A stretch of 32,000 bases of DNA from positions 810,001-842,000 of the forward strand of contig JAUWGH010000001.1 of NCBI GenBank assembly GCA_030606485.1, written 5' to 3'. Of the stretch, positions 1 through 8,705 are shown piece by piece. Position 1 is the stretch's first letter. The number at the start of each line of letters is the position of its first letter. The notes below the pieces were generated by a model. It did not search any database. It was not told the origin of the DNA and worked only from the letters and a program-made list of their open reading frames with translations. A program made the translations under genes and the position numbers. Origin of the DNA: Promethearchaeota archaeon (lineage in GTDB: Archaea > Asgardarchaeota > Lokiarchaeia > Sigyniarchaeales > SOKP01).

Positions 1-17
1 GAAATAAAATACTAAAA

Positions 18-608
18 TCAAGATCTTAATTTAAAGAAAATAAATAAACCTATCCCAACAATTGCAACAATTATCCCAATAAGTGGGGTTAATATAAGTG
101 TGCGAAAAAAATAGGAATCATATTGAGATGGATCTTGATGCCAATAGAAATATACTTCTAGATCATTTCCTTCAAACCAAATTGTACAATAATCTGGGTA
201 ATAATCTCCATTATAGAGCATAATTTCATATGCTCTACCTCCCCCTAACTCATATGTTATAAAACCAATTACACCATTTCTCTCCTTATGACAATAACAG
301 ATATTTAAAACATCTCCAGTCCCCAGATATTCTAATAGAAAAACAGAAAAGAGTGATTCATTACCATAGTTCGTAAGTCATATATTTACAGAATCATTTT
401 GATGGTGTTTTATGATTTTATAGTAAGTGAAATCCCAATCTTCAGTCACCCAAGTATAATAACATGTATCACTAGTATCGTCCGAGATCTTTATAGGAGG
501 GTAGAAAAATGCGTTATAATCTTGAAAAGTAAAGGCTTCAACATAAACAATAAAAGATGGGAGTAGAGGAAAAATTAATAGTGAAATTAAAAGGATATTT
601 CATTTCAT
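18..608 (-). pseudogene. Secreted/membrane-anchored protein (196 codons) interrupted by two in-frame TGA codons (600-602 and 378-380)
   Basis: Manual translation from ATG at 608: MK*NILLISLLIFPLLPSFIVYVEA (signal-peptide-like)...QNDSVNI*LTNYGNES...LILTPLIGIIVAIVGIGLFIFFKLRS (C-terminal TM plus basic tail). One frame, no frameshift. The ORF track shows only the last 67 aa. Confidence 0.65.
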
Positions 609-682
609 TAAATTATTTTTTGTATTTTAGATTTATAATTTATACTATATTTTTTAGGATGAATTTTTCATTATATAATATA

Positions 683-1630
683 ATGACAGTTATTATTCCA
701 AAAAAAGCATATTTAACAATTGTTGCAGCCGCAGTTAGATTTGCTAATGCACGAATACCAAAAGATGATTGGTTGGAAGCTAGTGGCGTGTTAATTGGTA
801 AGAATGTTGGTGATGATGTGGTAATTTCAGCAGCGCATCCTATTATGCACCAAGAATTAGACAAAAATGCTGTGATGGATCAATACAAATGGAAAGATGA
901 AGATTATGAGGCACTCTCTATAATTGATGATGAGGCTTTTTCAAGAGGAGAATTCACCGTTGGATGGTATCATAGTCACCCCGGTTTTAAAGTAATGATG
1001 TCTCATATCGATATTAGAACAACATTGAGTTATCAAACAAATAATCCATTAGCTATTTCACTAGTGTTTAATCATATGAGATTAATAAAACAAATTGAAT
1101 TGCCTGATAAAAAAGGAGACCCAGATATTCCTTTAGAAAATGATCCAGGTTTTAAGATTTTTCGATTAGATGATGTAAGTGGAATTGAAGCAAGTTATCA
1201 TCCTACCGATTATAAAATAGAAGGATATGAGAGTATGACGCAATTAATTCAAACAACTCAAGCTTTTATTATCGATGTAACAAATCTACTCCCTAAAGAA
1301 GGTCTAATAGAGACGTATCAGAATCAAGTGAATAAATCAATAGAGGAATTAAATTCTCAATTAATTGGAACAGAAGAATATCTCAAAACACTTGCAAGAG
1401 AGGGAGCAACTTCGAGGATTCCAGAAGTCCTATTGAATCAAACTAGGGATATAAATAAATTTGTTGAAAGAGCAAATAAAAAAATTGAAAAAATGAAAGA
1501 AATTTTAGATTACTTAGAGTATAAAGAAAGAAATATAATTATACATCAAGCTTTAGAAGTAATTAGTCTGTGGGAACAAAAAGTAGAAAATTTAGAAACT
1601 GACTTACGTGCAATATCTCAGAAATTTTAA
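683..1630 (+). CDS. MPN+/JAMM metalloprotease, Rpn11/CSN5-like, with C-terminal helical/coiled-coil extension
   Basis: Complete JAMM motif: E (WLEASG) and GWYHSHPGFKVMMSHID (HxH-x7-S-x2-D). Start moved from 557 to ATG 683 (MTVIIPKK; 659 also possible) because the extension is AT-rich and overlaps the divergent gene starting at 608. Confidence 0.9.
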   Translation: MTVIIPKKAYLTIVAAAVRFANARIPKDDWLEASGVLIGKNVGDDVVISAAHPIMHQELDKNAVMDQYKWKDEDYEALSIIDDEAFSRGEFTVGWYHSHPGFKVMMSHIDIRTTLSYQTNNPLAISLVFNHMRLIKQIELPDKKGDPDIPLENDPGFKIFRLDDVSGIEASYHPTDYKIEGYESMTQLIQTTQAFIIDVTNLLPKEGLIETYQNQVNKSIEELNSQLIGTEEYLKTLAREGATSRIPEVLLNQTRDINKFVERANKKIEKMKEILDYLEYKERNIIIHQALEVISLWEQKVENLETDLRAISQKF

Positions 1631-1695
1631 TAAATTAAACATATATTCGTGTTCTATCTCAACTCTTTCAAGGATTATTTGTATCAAAAATTTAA

Positions 1696-1717
1696 TAAAT
1701 TATCTTGGGATAATTTA
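1696..1717. promoter_or_regulatory. Perfect inverted repeat TAAATTATC-ttgg-GATAATTTA, candidate operator or hairpin
   Basis: 9-bp arms with a 4-nt spacer in the 133-bp gap between the JAMM stop and the AAA/VWA start. Function is not shown by the sequence. Confidence 0.35.
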
Positions 1718-1763
1718 CTTAATTTAGAAGTTTTTAGACAATTATATAGCTGATTTTGACCGG

Positions 1764-3965
1764 ATGAGAAAAATCAATTTTCCTTTTACGGCGATAATTG
1801 GACATGAAAAAATGAAAATTGCATTAATTCTCAACGTTATTGATCTTTTAATTGGAGGTGTTCTTTTATCAGGTCACCGCGGCACAGGAAAATCTACAGC
1901 AGTCCGTTCTCTTATAGATATTATGCCTGAAATAAAAGTTATAAAAGAGTGTTATTTTAATTGTAATCCTGATTCTGATCTTGAAGATTTATGTGAGATG
2001 TGTGTTGAAAAAGTCAAAAAAGGAAACTTTGAAGTGGAAACAAGACGGATGAAACTGGTTAATCTTCCATTAGGCTCTACAGAGGATATGGTCTGTGGAA
2101 GTTTGGACATAGAACGGGTTTTAGCTGAAGGAATAAGAAGTCTTCATGCTGGTTTATTAGCAAAAGCAAATAGAGGGATTTTGTATATAGATGAGGTAAA
2201 TCTTTTACAAGATCATATAGTAGATACGCTATTGGATGCTTCTGCATCAGGTGTAAATATTATTGAAAGAGAAGGAATTTCTGTAATGCATCCTTCAAGA
2301 TTTATTTTAGTTGGTTCAATGAATCCAGATGAGGGAGATTTACGACCCCAGATTGCAGATCGTTTTGGTTTAGAAGTTAAAATTGTAGCACCTTCAGATC
2401 CAAAAGTACGAGCTGAAATTACTAAAAGAGTGATAGATTTTAATGATAATCCTAAGGAATTTATTATACAATACCAAAATGACCAAAACGAATTGAAACA
2501 GAGAATAATTCAAGCCCGGAAGATATTGAAAGATGTTAAAGTTTCAGATCGAATTTTCCAATTTGTATCTGAAGTTGTCAGTGAATTAAGTATTTTTTCA
2601 CAAAGAGCAGATATTTCATTTATTCGATGTGCTCGTGCGAATGCGGCTTTTAATAATAGAACTTATGTTCTAAATGAGGACTTAGAAATTGCTTTAGATC
2701 TTGTTTTTGAGCATAGAATGGAATCAATTGATGCAACTATAACAGCAAAAGAGATAAAGGGTAAAATTATCGATGCCTATGGAAAAATTCAAGAAGCATA
2801 TGAAAACTTAGATATTTATAAACCAAATGAAGAAACTGAAGGTCCTTTAAAATCTACTGATGAACCACAGGAACAATTTAAAAGAAATCCAATAGATAAG
2901 GATAAAATTAATTTACCTGAGACTAAAGAACAAAAACTTCCTCCACCACAAGAAGAGGATAAAAACCATAAATATGACCCTGCAGGTGGTTGGAAAGTTA
3001 AAAGATTGCCATCTAAGGAATCTTATAATAATAGAGAAGATAAAACATTCAATTTACAAAAATTTGCTTATAAATTGGAGGATAAAATAATCTCAATTTT
3101 GAATAATATCAGAAATACTAAAAGAATATCAAATTTTGGCGGTCGAGGCGTAGGAAACCGAACAAGATTTACTTCAAGTAAAAAGGGGCATTATAGTTCT
3201 TTTCGAAGACCACTAGAACATCCTAGAAATATAGCACTAGATGCTTCTATTAGGAGTTATTTAAAAAATTTGACTTATAATCCAACTGAAATTGAATTTC
3301 CATTAAAATTAGATAAAACTGATATAATGGAAAAGGTTTTTGAATTTAAAGCACCTTTAGCTTTGTTCTTTATTTTAGATGCTTCTGCATCAATGTATAG
3401 TGTTTTAAAGCAAATGACAAATATAATAGAGGCACTCCAGAGAGAAGGATATAAGAAAAAGGATAAAATTTGTATTATTATGTTCCGTGGCAAAGATGCG
3501 ATTGTACTTCAAAAACCAACTGTTGCACTAAGAAATGCGCTCAGTAAAATCAAAAATATTAAAGGTAAATCATATACACCCATGGCTTTTGCACTACATA
3601 AATGTTTGGAGATGATAAACATTGAGAAAATGAGAAACCGAAACATTTTTCCTGTCATATTTATTTGTAGCGACTGTGGTGCAAATATTTCTTATACCAA
3701 TCCTGATCTAGTTGCTCAAATTGAATCAGACTATAATTTGATTACTGAAGAATTAAAAGATATTGCAAAAATTATTGCAAAAAGAAAAATAAAAGTTGTA
3801 ATATTAGAACCCAGAAAATCTTGGGCTACAAGAAATTTGGGAATTCATCCATTTTCCGCAGAAGAAATAAAAAAAAATTTTAAACTATACTGTAAAGCAG
3901 ATATTTTTAAATTTAATGAGATTGACCCTACAAAAACTATCCTCAAATTGAAAAGAGTTCTTTAA
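1764..3965 (+). CDS. Magnesium/cobalt chelatase ChlI/ChlD-like AAA+ ATPase fused to a VWA domain
   Basis: N-terminal FPFTAIIG, Walker A GHRGTGKST, Walker B LYIDE, DRFGL arginine-finger region, acidic/Pro-rich linker (LPPPQEED), VWA MIDAS motif LDASAS...T...SD. Confidence 0.9.
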   Translation: MRKINFPFTAIIGHEKMKIALILNVIDLLIGGVLLSGHRGTGKSTAVRSLIDIMPEIKVIKECYFNCNPDSDLEDLCEMCVEKVKKGNFEVETRRMKLVNLPLGSTEDMVCGSLDIERVLAEGIRSLHAGLLAKANRGILYIDEVNLLQDHIVDTLLDASASGVNIIEREGISVMHPSRFILVGSMNPDEGDLRPQIADRFGLEVKIVAPSDPKVRAEITKRVIDFNDNPKEFIIQYQNDQNELKQRIIQARKILKDVKVSDRIFQFVSEVVSELSIFSQRADISFIRCARANAAFNNRTYVLNEDLEIALDLVFEHRMESIDATITAKEIKGKIIDAYGKIQEAYENLDIYKPNEETEGPLKSTDEPQEQFKRNPIDKDKINLPETKEQKLPPPQEEDKNHKYDPAGGWKVKRLPSKESYNNREDKTFNLQKFAYKLEDKIISILNNIRNTKRISNFGGRGVGNRTRFTSSKKGHYSSFRRPLEHPRNIALDASIRSYLKNLTYNPTEIEFPLKLDKTDIMEKVFEFKAPLALFFILDASASMYSVLKQMTNIIEALQREGYKKKDKICIIMFRGKDAIVLQKPTVALRNALSKIKNIKGKSYTPMAFALHKCLEMINIEKMRNRNIFPVIFICSDCGANISYTNPDLVAQIESDYNLITEELKDIAKIIAKRKIKVVILEPRKSWATRNLGIHPFSAEEIKKNFKLYCKADIFKFNEIDPTKTILKLKRVL

Positions 3966-3992
3966 TTAATAATGATTTAAATTTATTTAATA

Positions 3993-5231
3993 ATGGTTAA
4001 GAAAAAAAAAGTTCTTATCTCAGGTTTTAATGCTCGACCTTTATCTAAATCGTTATATAATGCAAATTATGAAGTATATGCTGTAGATTTTTTTGGAGAT
4101 TCAGACCTATTTCCTTATATTAAGGATGCTTTAATTATTACTAAAGAATTGAAAAATAATTTTCAAAAGTTAAAATTAATTTATGGTGATGTTTTAACGG
4201 ATCTAACCCTTCAAATGATTGAAAAACATCCCCATTTGGATTATTTAATAATAGCAAGTGGTTTAGACGATAATATTATAGGTCGAGAAAAAATTTTTAA
4301 TAAAATTAAGAAATTAAATCGTCCAATTCGATATTTAGGTAATAATAATGCCCAAATCATAAAGTCAAGAGATATCTTAAGTATTTATTCCCTATTAGAT
4401 AAAATGGGATATAAAGTTCCTAAAACTTTAGCATTTAACTATGATCTAGTTGATAACAACCTTATAAATTATCCAATTATTCTTAAAAAAAAACAAAGCT
4501 CTGGCGGCTTAAACATTTTTAAAATTAATTCCAAGACTCAATTATTAAATATAATAAAAAAAAATGAAGAATTTGAGAAAGAGTCTGGGAATTGGTTGTT
4601 TCAAGAGTATATAGAGGGAATGGATGTTAGTTGCACTACAATCAGCAATAAAGTTGATGTTAAAATAGTTTCAATAAATGAACAATTAATTGGAAAAGAA
4701 TTCTTAAATGCACCAAGTGAATTTGTATATTGTGGAAACATTGTTCCTGCGGATCTTAATTATTCTCTTCAATATAAAATCTCAGAAATTTCTTTAAAAT
4801 TAGTTAGACATCTTGAATTAATTGGAATAAATGGGTTTGATTTTGTATTAAAAGAAGGATGCCCCTATTTAATGGAAATAAATCCCAGAATCCCAGGTTC
4901 GATAAATGCAGCAGAATTTGCTTTGAATAGAAATTTAATTGATGAACATATTAATTGCTGCTTAAATCCGGATAAAGAAATTATAATTTCAAATCTAGAT
5001 ATTAATACTAATTTTGTCTCAAAATTTATTTATTTCGCTCCAAAATTGATTTCACATCAAAAAATTGAGAAATTAAAACAAATTAAAAATGTGGAAGATG
5101 TCTCTGCGCCAGGTAAAGATATTCAACCATATGAACCATTGTGTTCTATATTATATAAGGCAGAGAATTACTCAAAAGCATATAAAGGGGCATTGAGTAT
5201 AGTAGAATCGATAGAATTATTGATAAAATGA
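3993..5231 (+). CDS. ATP-grasp domain protein (COG2232-like predicted carboligase)
   Basis: N-terminal GFNARPL...AVDFFGDSDL, ILKKKQSSGG, FQEYIEG, GFDF, LMEINPRIPGS are ATP-grasp motifs. Confidence 0.85.
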   Translation: MVKKKKVLISGFNARPLSKSLYNANYEVYAVDFFGDSDLFPYIKDALIITKELKNNFQKLKLIYGDVLTDLTLQMIEKHPHLDYLIIASGLDDNIIGREKIFNKIKKLNRPIRYLGNNNAQIIKSRDILSIYSLLDKMGYKVPKTLAFNYDLVDNNLINYPIILKKKQSSGGLNIFKINSKTQLLNIIKKNEEFEKESGNWLFQEYIEGMDVSCTTISNKVDVKIVSINEQLIGKEFLNAPSEFVYCGNIVPADLNYSLQYKISEISLKLVRHLELIGINGFDFVLKEGCPYLMEINPRIPGSINAAEFALNRNLIDEHINCCLNPDKEIIISNLDINTNFVSKFIYFAPKLISHQKIEKLKQIKNVEDVSAPGKDIQPYEPLCSILYKAENYSKAYKGALSIVESIELLIK

Positions 5232-5239
5232 AAGATCTT

Positions 5240-5977
5240 TTATTTATTTTCCTTGATTATTTCTTTTATTTTAGCAATATATTTACCAATTTGATTTTCT
5301 CTCCTATCTGGAATTGCTACACATAATATTCTATCATCATCAATCTGATGTACTATAATAGAGCCATTATCACTAGTAAGAATTGAATATTCTACGCTCT
5401 TTTTAAATAATACATCTGTAAGATTGAATAAAGCCGATGCAATCGCAGATATCATTGAATCAGGCATAACCGATTGAATCTTTATAGGTAAACCAGATTT
5501 CGTTATTATAGCAATTGAGATTGCTGTTGGAATTGCTCGTTTTATTTCTACAAATATATCTTTTTTAATATATTCCGATGTTTCGATAAAAGCAGAAATT
5601 TTAATTGCAAAATCCATTACTTTTTTCTGATATAAACCGATTCCTTCCAATTCTGTTAATTCTCTATCTAAGATCACAGAAACGTTGATATTTTTAGTTA
5701 AAGCATTTATTAATATTTTATTTTTAGCAACGGTTGTGTGATATTTTACTTTTTGGTTTAACAATTGTTTTGAAATATTTGAAGATAGAAACATTAAACT
5801 ACTTGAAGCAGCAACAATTTCATTTACCGATAATTGGATATCTTTTTTAAATTTATTACTTATTACTTGACCTGTTTCTGTACCTATGCTGATGCCAAGT
5901 ATTGGTGAATTCTCATCCATTTCTTTCAAAATAAGATAGTCAATTTCATCAAGAAATTTTGTCGATTTGTCTTCCAT
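5240..5977 (-). CDS. Tandem roadblock/LC7 (MglB/LAMTOR-like) domain protein
   Basis: Two copies of the helix-strand-strand-helix pattern: ILGISIGTETGQVI...IVAASSSLM and AISIAIITKSGLPI...MISAIASALF...IIVHQIDDDRILCV. Confidence 0.8.
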   Translation of the reverse strand: MEDKSTKFLDEIDYLILKEMDENSPILGISIGTETGQVISNKFKKDIQLSVNEIVAASSSLMFLSSNISKQLLNQKVKYHTTVAKNKILINALTKNINVSVILDRELTELEGIGLYQKKVMDFAIKISAFIETSEYIKKDIFVEIKRAIPTAISIAIITKSGLPIKIQSVMPDSMISAIASALFNLTDVLFKKSVEYSILTSDNGSIIVHQIDDDRILCVAIPDRRENQIGKYIAKIKEIIKENK

Positions 5978-6229
5978 GGTTTTATCATAATAATGGAGTT
6001 ATTTAAATCTTGGTTCTTTTATAGATAAATAATAGGCATTATCGCTGAAATTTCAAAATTACCAGATAATTATAAAGGGTAAAATGTATTTGTAATGCAA
6101 AACTCTAGTGGTATATTAGAAGAAAAAATATTAATTAATGTTTAAATTGAAATACTACAAATTATATTATTATTTTATATTGTAATTATTAATATTAACA
6201 ATTTGAACTTAAGTTTGGGTCAAATAAAG

Positions 6230-7111
6230 ATGAATAATTCTGAAATTGAAGATTTAAAACGCGAACTTGCAGAAAAGGAAAAGGAGCTTGAAGAATTAAG
6301 GAAAACTTTCATAGAATATAAAAATGTAAGTGATTCCCTTTCTGAGCAGATTAAATTAAAAGATAATCAAATCAATACTATCAATACGACTATCACAACC
6401 AAGGATGATTTAATAAAGACTATTCAAGATTCAATTAGATTAAAAGATACTCAGATTGACGCATTGCAAAAAACGGTTGAAACAAAAAATAGAACCATAG
6501 ATGATTTATCTCAGCAATTAGGTTTAACCATTAATGAGAGCGTTTTAAAAGAAAAAGATAAAAAGATTGCAGAATTAGAAAGTGAATTGGGCAAATTAAA
6601 TGAAGAATTGGCTGCAACCGATGATGAAATAGAACAATTAAGTAATGAACTTGAAAAGATGCAATCTAAAGCGAGTAGAACTGGGGGTCCTTTCATCGAT
6701 TTTACAGAGATTGAAATTGATAGTGAAGAAATTATTAAAAAAATGAAAGAAATACTATTAAATGCTTTACATTCAGTTTCAATTTCAACTCCATCAATTT
6801 CAGATCTGCAAGACTTAGACTTATATGAAGTGAAATCATCAGTAAATATGAGGATAAGTTGTTTAATCGATCCCAGTGTCGAAGAGCACATTGACCTTTT
6901 AGAAGAGTTTGAAAGCCTTGATAACATCAATATGAGAAGTTATGAGAGTGAAGATCGATGGCTTATTTTTAGAGATGGAGAGGAATTATTTTTTTGCGCT
7001 GCCGGGACTAAACCTAATAATTATTTAGCTTTTTATACAAAAGATTCTGCTCATATAAAATTGTTTAACAGTTTAATCACGGAAACTTGGCTAAGATCAA
7101 GAAAAGTTTAG
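6230..7111 (+). CDS. Coiled-coil protein with C-terminal TrmB effector-binding/PLD-like domain
   Basis: About 150 aa of Lys/Glu-rich heptads, then IIKKMKEILLNALHSVSI...WLIFRDGEELFF...IKLFNSLITETW, resembling the TrmB C-terminal domain. ATG 6230 preferred over TTG 6203. Confidence 0.75.
   Translation: MNNSEIEDLKRELAEKEKELEELRKTFIEYKNVSDSLSEQIKLKDNQINTINTTITTKDDLIKTIQDSIRLKDTQIDALQKTVETKNRTIDDLSQQLGLTINESVLKEKDKKIAELESELGKLNEELAATDDEIEQLSNELEKMQSKASRTGGPFIDFTEIEIDSEEIIKKMKEILLNALHSVSISTPSISDLQDLDLYEVKSSVNMRISCLIDPSVEEHIDLLEEFESLDNINMRSYESEDRWLIFRDGEELFFCAAGTKPNNYLAFYTKDSAHIKLFNSLITETWLRSRKV
6350..6517 (+). repeat. Four tandem 14-aa coiled-coil repeats ([IV]xxK[DN]xxIxx[IL]xxx)
   Basis: IKLKDNQINTINTT / ITTKDDLIKTIQDS / IRLKDTQIDALQKT / VETKNRTIDDLSQQ. 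Confidence 0.7.
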
Positions 7112-7135
7112 ATTCGAAGTAGTATATATTTCATG

Positions 7136-8074
7136 TTAAATATTTAATAATTCTTTTTTCCATTCTTCAGCTTTTTTCTTTATACTGTTTTTAAATTCAA
7201 CAGTAACTTCTCCTTTTTCTCGATTTATTTTTGAAGCAACCTTTATCATATCAAACAATACTTTATGAAATTTAACAAATGTCTTTAATAAATCAGATGT
7301 TAATTTAATTATTGAGCCTAACTGTTGGTGATTCTCAGATAAATGAATATCTATCATTAAATTATAAAATATATCATCTGAACTTTGTATATTTAAAATT
7401 TTTTCTGGTATTTTCTTTAATGGTTCTTTAATTTTTTTTTTCTGTACCAATTTGGGAGCTAAATCCTTTAGTTCTGATGTCATTTCTTCTAATGTAACTT
7501 CTTGAGGTTTAATTTCTTGTTGTGATTTAGAAGATGTTTCTAATTTGGGTGTTAATTTTGGGATAGGAGTCAAACCTGTATCGACCGCTATTGATTGTTT
7601 TAATTTTGGTACTGGAGTTAAGCTAATATCTAATTCTGGTATACCTTTTGGTGGAGGGGTGGGGGGTGGTTGTTCTCGGGGAAATACACTTGGAGGTTCT
7701 TTTTTCTTTAAATCCTTTTTTGGCATGGCCTTGGGTTTTTCTTCCATCATAGCATCTAATGCATCTAAAACATCAGTTAATTCCTGATCTGGTTTTGAAG
7801 CTTTTTCCTCTTTTACAGTAGGACTAATTTGTGGCATATCTAAAACTTTTTGATTCAATTTTATGATATCTTTTGCTAGACCTGACATACTTTGCTTATA
7901 TTCATCACTCTGAATTTGAATTTCACTAATATTATCTAGAGTTTTTTGAATGGAAGTAATCGATTCATAAATTTCATTAAATTTTGACATTGAAGCTGAT
8001 GTAACATCATTAAATCTATCTGAAAATTTTTTAAGAATTCCTTTTAATGTTTTTATATTATCATTTTCGGACAT
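7136..8074 (-). CDS. Hypothetical protein: N-terminal coiled coil, Pro-rich linker, C-terminal ~75-aa helical domain
   Basis: Long open frame in an AT-rich background. Contains EQPPPTPPPKG and LTP[VI]PKL twice. The C-terminal domain aligns with that of 25003..26415. Confidence 0.8.
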   Translation of the reverse strand: MSENDNIKTLKGILKKFSDRFNDVTSASMSKFNEIYESITSIQKTLDNISEIQIQSDEYKQSMSGLAKDIIKLNQKVLDMPQISPTVKEEKASKPDQELTDVLDALDAMMEEKPKAMPKKDLKKKEPPSVFPREQPPPTPPPKGIPELDISLTPVPKLKQSIAVDTGLTPIPKLTPKLETSSKSQQEIKPQEVTLEEMTSELKDLAPKLVQKKKIKEPLKKIPEKILNIQSSDDIFYNLMIDIHLSENHQQLGSIIKLTSDLLKTFVKFHKVLFDMIKVASKINREKGEVTVEFKNSIKKKAEEWKKELLNI

Positions 8075-8236
8075 AATTTATTTCGCGATTTCTTTATCAT
8101 CTTTACTAATATGTTTGATAAATTATTTATGGATAAATGCAAATTTTCATTGTTCTACAAAAATTTTTTATATTCTATAAATAGATATAATTTGAACTAT
8201 AAAAATTGATCTCAGAGTAATTAATTTGATATAAAA

Positions 8237-8683
8237 ATGAAGCTTGATAGGAATTTTATTGGTTATGAATTTCCATTAAGTGAAATATCTATCACACAAT
8301 GGGAAATTGCTCAATTTGCAAATGCAATTAGAGATTTTAATCCAATTTATTATAATTTAAATGAAGCAAAAAAGCAAGGTTTTAAGGATATTCCATGTCC
8401 GCCTACATTTTATACTAAATTTACATTTTCCGGGGATAAAAATTTTTTTGCTACATTGGGAATTGATTATAAGAAATTATTAGATGGTGGTAGAGAGTAT
8501 AAATATTATTCCCCATGTTTTGCGGGAGATAATATTATATATCAAACCAAAGTACAAAGCATCGATGAAAAAGAAGGTAAAAGAGGTAAAATGGATGTTG
8601 TAATCGCAGTTACAACAGGTAAAAATAAAGAATATAAAGAAAAATTGTGGGACTCAATATGCACATTTATTGTATTTCACTAA
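8237..8683 (+). CDS. MaoC-like hotdog-fold protein (HadA/UPF0336-like non-catalytic partner)
   Basis: EIAQFANAIRDFNPIYYN...IPCPPTF...LLDGGREYKYYSPCFAGD pattern; lacks the hydratase-2 His. Confidence 0.8.
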   Translation: MKLDRNFIGYEFPLSEISITQWEIAQFANAIRDFNPIYYNLNEAKKQGFKDIPCPPTFYTKFTFSGDKNFFATLGIDYKKLLDGGREYKYYSPCFAGDNIIYQTKVQSIDEKEGKRGKMDVVIAVTTGKNKEYKEKLWDSICTFIVFH

Positions 8684-8705
8684 ATTCATTTAGAGGTAAA
8701 AAATA

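Noticed and set aside
557-682. N-terminal extension of the JAMM ORF (also the extensions 6203-6229, 20171-20323 and 28303-28317)
   Set aside because: Low-complexity F/I/Y-rich translations of AT-rich intergenic DNA, or overlaps with neighbouring genes; downstream ATG starts fit better.
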